From Candidatus Poribacteria bacterium (GTDB lineage Bacteria; Poribacteria; WGA-4E; UBA9662), in contig JAYGDX010000336.1 in the NCBI GenBank assembly GCA_046582655.1, forward strand, positions 1 to 64,000: 64,000 nucleotides of DNA, read 5' to 3'. Position numbers and translations under genes: made by a program. Below are positions 52,561 to 60,956 of the stretch, piece by piece. How positions within the stretch are numbered: the stretch's first letter is position 1; each line of letters begins with the position of its first letter. The notes beneath the pieces are model-generated. The model was not told the DNA's origin and did not search any database. It was given only the letters and a program-made list of their open reading frames with translations.

Positions 52561-53356
52561 ATGAAGTTTGGTTCAAAGCATTTCTTGATTTGGAGTCTGG
52601 TGTTGGTCAGCATTTTGTACTCGGTATCAGCACAAGAGATGGTAACAGAACAACTGGTCGGGTTTTGGTCCTTCGATCAGTCGACAATTGCCGGAAAATC
52701 CGTTCGCGATGTATGGGCAAAGAACCACGGCGCTATCAAAGGAACCCCTCAAATCGTCGATGGAAGAATCGGGCAAGCATTGTCTTTTAAAGGAAAGACG
52801 GATCTCGTCGAAATCCCACATCATGCCAATTTAGATCTTAAAAAAAGAGGTCACCATCGAATTCTGGTTTTTGCTCAAAGGACAAAGTGGCAACAATGAA
52901 TATCCGAGACCAGTGAGTAAAGGACAATCCACCGGAGATAACTCTGGTTATGGTGTATGGGTTAGAGACAGCAGAAATCCAACAGATATTGGATTCCGAT
53001 CCGTAACCTTGATTCCAAAAGATACGCGTAAGACAGATTTGCCCAACTATGATAATAAAGATTGGCATCACGTGGTCTTAGCTTATAATGGTAAAAAAGG
53101 GATGCTTTACCTGGATGGCGAAGTGCTCGTAGATCAACCTGTCAAAGGTGATTTGTCACAAAACAAAGAACCGTTACACATCGGTGATGGTAACAACGAG
53201 CGTCATTTTAATGGTTTGATTGATGAAGTTCGAATTTACAGTCGAGGGCTCAGTCAGGTTGAAGTCACACAAAATTTTAAGGTTGAATCGAACCTGTTGG
53301 ATGTTCAACCCGCTGGGAAAATCGCAACACTCTGGGCAAGACTCAAGGAGAACTGA
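52561..53356 (+). pseudogene. Secreted LamG/concanavalin-like domain protein split by a frameshift in an A7 run
   Basis: Signal peptide; LVGFWSFD, GRIGQALSF; one extra A at 52840-52846 (corrected reading DLKKEVTIEFWF); WHHVVLAY, LYLDG, FNGLIDEVRIYSRGLS; ends VQPAGKIATLWARLKEN. Confidence 0.85.
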
Positions 53357-53520
53357 TCCATCTTGAACCTAAGTTATCTTAGGAAGCCATCTTCCTTAAA
53401 CAGAAGGATCGATTTGGATATAACTATTGTAGGATTAAATCGACCGCTAAGTAGAGAATTACTTATTGTTTGTTTTGTCTTGGTGCATCCTGGTCACACC
53501 ATTCTTAGGATGGATATTGA

Positions 53521-54489
53521 TTGGAACTAATTAGCCTAAAAAAAATTTGGAATGCTGCTCCGCATAACGCTTTTACCGATTTGGAAAGATATCGAGGGCG
53601 CTGGTATTGCGCCTTTCGAGAAGGCCAAGGACATGCTGGCAACAATGATTACGGCAAAATCCGAGTCCTTGTCTCCGATGACGGTGAAACGTGGGTATCG
53701 TCGTCCTTATTAGAGGTTTCCGGAGTTGATTTGAGGGATGCCAAACTTTCGGTTATGCCTGATGGCCAACTACTCCTCAACTCATGCGAATACCGGGTCG
53801 ATGACAATAACAACGACATCAGGAATAATCAATCTGTTACCTATCTTTCCAAAGATGGGAAGTCTTGGGAAGGACCTTTCCATATTGCTGATCAAGGATA
53901 TTGGCTTTGGCAGACGACCTGGTATCAAGATGTTGGTTATGCCTTAGGTTATCAATGGGGAACCAGCGATGCCACGCGTTTCTATCAAACTAGGGATGGT
54001 AAGATGTACACAATGTTCCTTGACCATCCACGTCCTGCGGGAGATCGCAGTAACGAGCATGCTATGGTTTTTAACCGATCAGGTAGATCTTACCTTCTTC
54101 TTCGTCGCGACAATGGGGAGAATATCAGGGAGGGGGATGCTTTATTGGGCATTGCCGATTCTCCATACCGCGATTGGGAATGGAAAAAACTGGGTGTTAC
54201 TGTGGGTGGCCCATCAATGATCCAGTTGGACGATGGCAGATTGCTGACTTGTATTCGAAGATATCAGGAAAACGACCACCGCAACTGGGGTTCACAATGG
54301 ACTGAATTAGGTTGGATCGATCCCGAAAAAGGAACTTACACAAAGGGACTTAAACTTCCCAGTAAAGGTGATTCCAGTTACGCCGGATTGATTTGGCATA
54401 ATGGTCTTCTCTGGCTGAGCTATTATAGTAGTCATGAAGACAAGACCTCGATCTATCTGGCCAAGATAAAGGTGTCTATGACAGCGTGA
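53521..54489 (+). CDS. Sialidase-like BNR/Asp-box beta-propeller protein
   Basis: HNAFTDL...YCAFREG..H, SDDGETW and SKDGKSW Asp boxes, DLRDAKL, LPSKGDSSYAG, SYYSSHE. Confidence 0.82.
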   Translation: MELISLKKIWNAAPHNAFTDLERYRGRWYCAFREGQGHAGNNDYGKIRVLVSDDGETWVSSSLLEVSGVDLRDAKLSVMPDGQLLLNSCEYRVDDNNNDIRNNQSVTYLSKDGKSWEGPFHIADQGYWLWQTTWYQDVGYALGYQWGTSDATRFYQTRDGKMYTMFLDHPRPAGDRSNEHAMVFNRSGRSYLLLRRDNGENIREGDALLGIADSPYRDWEWKKLGVTVGGPSMIQLDDGRLLTCIRRYQENDHRNWGSQWTELGWIDPEKGTYTKGLKLPSKGDSSYAGLIWHNGLLWLSYYSSHEDKTSIYLAKIKVSMTA

Positions 54490-54752
54490 TCGGCCACCAA
54501 CCTAGGCTTGATATTCGCCCTAACAGATCAGTTTGGAATTGGGTGGTTGAAATCAGGTGATTGTTCCTCTCGCTGTTTATGAAGCGTTGCTAGGTTCTGT
54601 AAAAGTGCCGTACTCTATAGGACAGAAGGTGAAGAGAATCCCATCTGCCAGCAGAGATTTGTGATGGTTTATGTTTAGGGCATGTGCCGTCTTATTAAGT
54701 AAGTGGAAACGACGGGTGATCGGCGAGGTTTTTACGGCAGACCTTAGGGTAA

Positions 54753-55549
54753 TTAATTCGATCCTGACACACATTGAAATCCGTTGTTGAAGTCCCTCTC
54801 GGGATCGTCGTCGCGACTTGCTACACGCAGATGCCTGATAATGTCGTTCCAGCTCCCTTTCGCGAAACACCTTGGTGTTTTTTTACCACTGTCATACTAA
54901 TCTTGGTACCACTCCAAAACATTGCCTGCCATATCATATAAACCGTAAACATTCGGTTTTAGACTGCCCACAGGTGCTATGGATCCATCCTACTTATCTT
55001 ACCACCAGTACCATCAAAGTTGGCATAATCTCGTGCCAGGCTTTCATCGTCGTTCCACGAATAGATTTTACCAACCAATCCATCTCCACATATTCCCATG
55101 CTGCTTCAGTCGGTAACCTTTTGCCTGCCCATTTAGCGTGAACAGTTACATCGTGCCAGTTGACTCTAATCATCGGGGGGCATCGGTAGAAAAATGGGAG
55201 AGAGCCAAAGAAGGATCGATACCACGACTATCTTCCATTAAACCAAAGGAACACGCATAAAATCGTTCCATAAATCAGCATCAAACTGATAATCCGTTGC
55301 CACCAAGAACTTCTTTAACTGACCCACCGTCACTTCGATTGTATCCATCCAAAAAGGTTTCATCTGATCCGAACTAGCAGGAATAAAAAACCATCTTTGT
55401 CCATCTTTCTTTCAAGTAATTTTCTTCGCCTTAATACCTTTCAACTCTTTAGCGCTTTTAACCACAATCTCTTTGGTATCTTCGGCACGCACAAAACCTA
55501 CCAAGATAACCAGCACCATCGAAACAAAAACTGATTTTTTAACTATCAT
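54753..55549 (-). pseudogene. Degraded FGE-sulfatase (SUMF1/CLec-fold) domain protein
   Basis: Signal peptide from ATG 55549 (RBS AAGGAG); fragments VTVGQLKKF, VNWHDV..HAKWAGKRLPTEAAWEY, PVGSLKPNVYGLYDMAGNVLEW, GSWN...LRVA.R...NNGFQCVSGSN*; many stops and frameshifts. Confidence 0.85.
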
Positions 55550-55575
55550 ATTGACATTCTCCTTTGAGTTTGCTT

Positions 55576-55602
55576 GTACTTAATTTTTAACTTAAATACA
55601 AC
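55576..55602 (-). repeat. 27-bp promoter-like repeat, copy A
   Basis: GTACTTAATTTTTAACTTAAATACAAC, 26/27 identical to 57871-57897; on the minus strand reads TTGTAT-N17-TACAAG upstream of the FGE gene. Confidence 0.7.
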
Positions 55603-55975
55603 TTAACTAAGTAATAGAATCAACCGTTGTACTTGCTTCTTTGATTTGAAGAGTCCTGAAAAATCCTCAGGGAGTTAACGGAATCACGTTGCATCTGCAT
55701 TCTGATCCAATTCAATCTACTTTTTACAATTTTCAAAGAACAAATTAGCCTCTTCATCGGCTTAGATTTGAGGTTGACGGAAGCCCAGTTTTCGTTAGCT
55801 TTACCTTACAGTTTTATTTTTAGTGCAAATTGGCAGAATTAGCGCAATAATGTTCCACTAATCGTTAGATAACAATACTTATCGGACATTCTTTGCTGTA
55901 AATAGGTTGAGGTAATGCTATTATCCAATTTTCCCCTCACTGATTGTTCAAACACAATATTGGAGCCATATATTT

Positions 55976-56572
55976 ATGTTATTTTACGAAGAAGAGGTTC
56001 GGTATTTAGAGACTAACATCAAGACCTTACCTGGTCGAGAAAGCCAGGTGATATTTTATGGGAGCTCCTCTATTCGATTCTGGCCTGATTTTCAAAATTG
56101 CTTCTCTTGGGATACAATCAATTTAGGGTTTGGAGGTTCAACTATCGCTGCTTGTGCGTGGTTTATGCCCAGATTGCTTTTTCGATTTAAGCCAAAAGGC
56201 CTAGTAATTTACGCTGGTGACAACGACTTAGCTGCTGGCAGGTACCCAGCAGAAATCTGTAATAACCTCCGGTTGATGATGTTTGATATCCTTCGAACTT
56301 TAGGTCCTATACCCACCTTCTTTGTATCAATAAAACCAAGCCCTTCTCGCTTTTATTTGCGATCAGAAATCGCCCGCACTAACCAAATGGTGCAGCAACT
56401 TATCACAAACGAGCAAAACCTATACTACATCGACGTTTATTCTCATATGCTCGATGAAAAGGGGTTGCCTTTAGAAGAACTTTACGTAGAAGATCTATTA
56501 CATTTGAATCAAAAAGGGTACGATATCTGGACTAAGGTCATTGGCCAAAAATTGGAGCAACATCTGTCCTAA
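55976..56572 (+). CDS. GDSL/SGNH hydrolase family protein
   Basis: FYGSSSI, NLGFGGS, YAGDND, DLLHLN.KGY. Confidence 0.9.
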   Translation: MLFYEEEVRYLETNIKTLPGRESQVIFYGSSSIRFWPDFQNCFSWDTINLGFGGSTIAACAWFMPRLLFRFKPKGLVIYAGDNDLAAGRYPAEICNNLRLMMFDILRTLGPIPTFFVSIKPSPSRFYLRSEIARTNQMVQQLITNEQNLYYIDVYSHMLDEKGLPLEELYVEDLLHLNQKGYDIWTKVIGQKLEQHLS

Positions 56573-56937
56573 AGAGAGCATTCAGTTCAAAGGGACAAGT
56601 TTTGGTAGCTACTATCCTCATCGGTTGATTCTTGTGCATTAAAGTTTTAACTTAAATACAGGTAACTCCACTTGCCATGGCTGAAAAGTCGGACCCCTTA
56701 GGTTGGAGTTTGTTCATATATTGACAGGCTCAACAATCGAATTATATCAGCCCGCATACTGAGATTATCTTTATCAGGCGCTATCTCCCTGCCATCAACA
56801 CACATCTTCTTGTACAAGCTAAACCCACCAATATAGCCGACAACACGATCCAATTCTGTTACAGGCTCAAAGCCGATCCATATTCAAAGCAACTAATGCT
56901 CCCAGTTTCATCCCCTCTTTCATGTTATCTGCCGCTC

Positions 56938-57564
56938 CTAATTGATTTTGGATTGTGTTTCACGAACCTTTTCCAGCCCCTTAAGCGCATATACATTTTT
57001 CGGGTTCATTTCCAGCGCTTTCTTATATGTAGATATGGCCAAATCATATTTGCCTTGTATATAGTAAAGGGACCCAAGATTATTTAGCGCATATACATTT
57101 TCCGGGTCCATTTCCAGCGCTTTCTTATATGCAGATATGGCCAAATCATATTCACCTTGTCCTAAGTAAGCATCCCCAAGATTATTTAGCGCATATACAT
57201 TTTCCGGGTCCATTTCCAGTGCTTTCTTATATGCAGATATGGCCAAATCATATTTGCCTTGTTTATAGTAAGCATCCCCAAGATTATTTAGCGCATATAC
57301 ATTTTTCGGGTCTAGTTCCAGCGCTTTTTTGTACACTATTATAGCCAAGTCATATTTGCCTTGGCTATAGTAAGCATCTCCCCGTGTTATATACCCACCA
57401 AGTTGACCACGTTGAGTGTAGCCAGGATAAGTAGACTTGTTAGATTGTCGTTCTAACTCCTTCAACATCTGAGTATGTATGAGTTCTTGTTTTTGCCTAC
57501 CAGCATATTCCAATGACGCACATCCAACCAATAACAAACAGCATACAACCGTTATCCACTTCAT
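56938..57564 (-). CDS. TPR lipoprotein with four near-identical TPR units
   Basis: ATG 57564 after AAGGAG; lipobox LLVGC; repeats 'GDAYYxQGKYDLAISAYKKALEMDPENVYALNNL'. Confidence 0.9.
   Translation of the reverse strand: MKWITVVCCLLLVGCASLEYAGRQKQELIHTQMLKELERQSNKSTYPGYTQRGQLGGYITRGDAYYSQGKYDLAIIVYKKALELDPKNVYALNNLGDAYYKQGKYDLAISAYKKALEMDPENVYALNNLGDAYLGQGEYDLAISAYKKALEMDPENVYALNNLGSLYYIQGKYDLAISTYKKALEMNPKNVYALKGLEKVRETQSKIN
56984..57391. repeat. Tandem 102-bp repeat (4 units) encoding TPRs
   Basis: AGCGCATATACATTTT recurs at 56984, 57086, 57188 and 57290 (exact 102 bp period). Confidence 0.9.
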
Positions 57565-57870
57565 TTTATTATGCTCCTTATCTATTTCTACAACCAAACA
57601 TCAAGAAAATTATTCTAACCAGAAATACAATAATTAATCGAGTTTTCACCATTTACTCCTAATTAGTATTGGGTGTTATTGATTCGTTTTGGTTTTCTAT
57701 CTCTTAACCGAAGCACTGCAACAGCAACAGATCTTACTCCTAATCGAACAGGAAAAGTGAGGCTTTTTATCATAGTTATGGAGCAAGTTGGCATAATCAC
57801 AATCGGCCTTCGGATTTTGATTACTCTTTTACAATGACCTTCGCCATCTGGCAATCTAAATCATCATCTA

Positions 57871-57897
57871 GTACTTAATTTTTAACTAAAATACAAC
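57871..57897 (-). repeat. 27-bp promoter-like repeat, copy B
   Basis: GTACTTAATTTTTAACTAAAATACAAC; a third, degenerate copy lies at 56631-56660. Confidence 0.7.
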
Positions 57898-58011
57898 CCA
57901 GTTGATGATGGAAGCACCTCAGATCTCTAGGTTTGGTGGCAGCCAAAATCGTCCTGGGATCGCCACAGGCGCATAGATTTAGGTCTGGATAGGCGGTGTA
58001 TCAAACGCTAA

Positions 58012-58500
58012 GAGCCTGTTTGAAAGTCATTTTATTCGTTTGAGCATCAGTCGAATCATGTCAATATAAATCATGTTCTCTGAGTGCTGACTTTTGCGTT
58101 GATAGTCTAAGCTCAAGCCTCGGCACCAACCCAACCAGGCAAAAGTCCGTTCCACAATCCACCGTTTAGGTAAGACTTGAAAGCCCTTAGCTTTCAGATT
58201 CATCACTATGTCTGACTGGGCTTGAAACCGATTCCGCAACCATAAACCAAGCTCCCCTCATAACCACCATCAGCCCATAGCTTTTGGGTGGTGTCCCGCT
58301 AAAAGAAAACGGACGAAAGTAATTCATAGTCAGTTTGGCTATCGGCGGCATTGGTATCAGTGACCTTCAGAGCGATGGTTTTGACCGATTGGCTATCAAT
58401 CACAGCCGCCCTGGGTTGAGCTTCTCTGCCTCGGGACCAGTTGGGAGAATCCTCTGATTCCTTTGCAATCTCCGAAGAAGTGCCTTTTTTACCACTAGCA
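58012..58500 (-). mobile_element. Truncated IS5-family (IS1031-like) insertion sequence remnant
   Basis: Transposase fragments GREAQPRAAVIDSQSVKT, KLWADGGY, GFQVLPKRWIVERTFAWL...DY; probable right terminal repeat GAGCCTGTTTGAAAG at 58012 next to TAA; the 5' part and left end are missing. Confidence 0.85.
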
Positions 58501-58509
58501 GGCAACCTA

Positions 58510-58593
58510 GAGGTGATTAGGTGGGAGAAAGACGGGATTGAGATGGTACTGATCCCGGTTGGTCGTTTTGAGATGGAAGACTTTATTAAATGA
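58510..58593 (+). pseudogene. Fragment of a second FGE-sulfatase gene (N-terminal part of the domain)
   Basis: EVIRWEKDGIEMVLIPVGRFEM matches the 'IxWEKDGxEMVLIPAGxFxMG' start of the domain; abuts the IS remnant. Confidence 0.55.
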
Positions 58594-58757
58594 ATTTACG
58601 ACCTACCAAGCGGCTATTGAATCATCTTCATGCCAAAGCTAAACGCTGCATCCCTACAGGATACGCGGTCTTTGGCACGGGCGCCAGCGTGCTTGACCAA
58701 ACGTCGGTCGACCTATCGGTGTCGGGGCAAGCAACCTCAGCCCGCAGCCATCCTTTT

Positions 58758-59558
58758 CTAAGTGAGTCGCACCACGTTCTCTTTGACGATCTCTTTGACA
58801 TGGGTATAGTGGGCGTTGGCCATCAATTCCTTGGTCTGGGGCGACAAACGGCTCTGGAGGACGTCTGGGACAGCGGTCTGGCCTTTGAACTGGGGTCGGT
58901 AGCGCAACACCAGGGTGCGGCGCAGGCGATCTTCAGGCTTCCACTGCAACGTCCCATGGACCAGCATTTCAGTCATTATCACCGCATCCCCCGCCTGCGG
59001 CGTCACATTGACCACTCCCGCAGGCAGATCCTCGTGCTCAGTGATGACCCCGCCGTTGAATAAACTGGGCGGGCGCTCGAACTCCGCCTTGTGCGAGCCC
59101 GGGACTACCAACAAGCCGCCGTCGCCAGGGAAGACATCATCGAAATAGGGGAAAATGACGAAATCATCGCAGAAGATACGCCCCTCTCGGGTGTCAAAAC
59201 GCGTGCTTTGCCAGCCATAGTCCTCACGGGCACAGTGCAGATGGAATGGCTCGTGCAGGTGACTGTCCACTAGCAGTGTTCCCCGAGTGAAAGCCGGCTG
59301 GTCGTGGGTGAGCTCTTTGACAATAGACCACAGGCCCAAATGCATGGTTAGGGCTTCAAGGGCTTTGTCGAAAGCGAAGCCATTGGTGTAATACTTTCCG
59401 TCCTCGGAACGGGAAAAGCCCTCGGGCAGTTCGTCATCGGGCGTGGCCATATAGCGGTCGATGGCCGCCCGGGCGGCTGCCAGTTCGCTGTCGCTGAGCA
59501 CCTTGGGGATATGCAAATAGCCCTTGATATCAAATAAATAGCGCTGTTCTGGGGTCAT
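58758..59558 (-). CDS. PhyH-family Fe/2OG oxygenase with non-canonical H-x-A motif
   Basis: MTPEQRYLFDIKGYL, HLHCARED, DGGLLVVPGSHKA, AGDAVIMTEMLVHGTLQW, RRT; visibly GC-richer than its flanks. Confidence 0.88.
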   Translation of the reverse strand: MTPEQRYLFDIKGYLHIPKVLSDSELAAARAAIDRYMATPDDELPEGFSRSEDGKYYTNGFAFDKALEALTMHLGLWSIVKELTHDQPAFTRGTLLVDSHLHEPFHLHCAREDYGWQSTRFDTREGRIFCDDFVIFPYFDDVFPGDGGLLVVPGSHKAEFERPPSLFNGGVITEHEDLPAGVVNVTPQAGDAVIMTEMLVHGTLQWKPEDRLRRTLVLRYRPQFKGQTAVPDVLQSRLSPQTKELMANAHYTHVKEIVKENVVRLT

Positions 59559-59788
59559 GGATTACTCCTACTCGCAATCGAGAAATTTTAGTGTTGCACC
59601 AGAGAGAACCCAAGTATGACAAGATTGCTAGTTTTTGTAAAGAAGTGAAATGGTGATAAATGCCTGTTGGTAGGCAGGGATAGAAATTTCGGATTGACGA
59701 CGCTGCTGAGAGAGCCGTACGAAAGATGAACTCCTATCCTCAGCGATCATCACTTAATCTAATGATTGCCAAACTGAGTTATACGGTT

Positions 59789-60554
59789 CTATTTAGCCTT
59801 GATAACGCTCCAAAGGGTCGCTAATTTGCTAGCAGGTGAAACGGCACGTGCTTTCTTCCACCCATCTTTATAGATTTTCTGAATATCTGCTGGTTCTAAT
59901 GCAATACCCTTTTTAAAGAGAAAAACTTCGTCCAAACCGCCTTTGTGATTCTCCGAACCCCATCCGCCAAATTTTAGTGGAGCTGGGTTATCCATATTGG
60001 CAGGGCCATTTCGTTCTGTATCAAGTTTACCATCTACATTAAAGAGAAACTTTTCCTTTTTTTCGGACCACTACGCAATGGTGCCAACCTTTTCCAACAA
60101 TCACAGTTTTTCCGTCATCGATATGTTGACCTCCACCTTCAAAGATGAAAACGCCGGACTCCCTATCAATGCTGGCACTCAGGGCCCAGAACCCACCACC
60201 ATTCCGTTTAATTATTACATAGGCATCTTTATTCTCTGCTTCCATCCAACACCCAACAGAAAAATCGTCAGCTTCAAAATTGAAAACATCGTCATGTTCT
60301 ATTATGATATAATTTTGCCCTCCATCAAACTCGACAGCTTTACCGAATTTTCCATTAATCCATTTCAGAGCTTTTCCCGCTTCTCCATGGCGGTCGTTAC
60401 CGGAGCTATCCTTAGCAACTTTACCAGAACCTTCATCGAAGAGCCACAAGCCAGCCAAACCATCAAAATTGATTTTGGCTGAACCCTGACTAATAAAGGC
60501 TAAAATCAGTATTAAAATAAAGCTTGTAGTTATAAATACCTCTCTGTTAGTCAT
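59789..60554 (-). pseudogene. Secreted LamG domain protein split by a 1-nt insertion
   Basis: Signal peptide; GLWLFDEGSG..AKDSSGN, GKFGKAVEFDG, WHH. CTT TAA TGT A at about 60040 restores LYVDGKLD if one A is removed; ends AVSPASKLATLWSVIKAK. Confidence 0.85.
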
Positions 60555-60956
60555 TTTTAATTACCTCTCCCTATATTGCTGTAAAATTTGAGAGACTTGA
60601 TAGATAAAAAACCAGTCTATCAAGAACCAATGCACCAATAATATATCATGTAGCATTAAAAGTAAAATGAATTTAGGAAATAATTGCTGGTTGTCTTCTC
60701 TGAATTTAGTAATATAGTCAAATTACATTCCGTAATGACAAGCGATGTGTAGTATTTAATTGGCCACTTACATTAGGAGGGATTACCGGTATGTCGGAGT
60801 TAGAAAACGGTAAGGATCGCACCTTGAACTTCCAGATAAATATTTTCTGTTTGGAAATATAAATTATGTGGATATGAGGTAGATCGACCTCCCAATCTGG
60901 GTGGTAGTTACAGTGGTGGAAATAGTGGATAGTCGGCTTTCAGCGATGGCAAACGG

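Noticed and set aside
56984..57391. CRISPR-like periodic repeat
   Set aside because: The 102-bp period is an in-frame TPR coding repeat with no unique spacers and no cas genes.
59711..59790. Group II intron domain V (GAGCCGTA...TACGGTTC)
   Set aside because: The interior is too long for domain V, no domain VI or AY 3' end follows, and there is no RT/maturase or GUGYG 5' end; kept only as a generic structured element.
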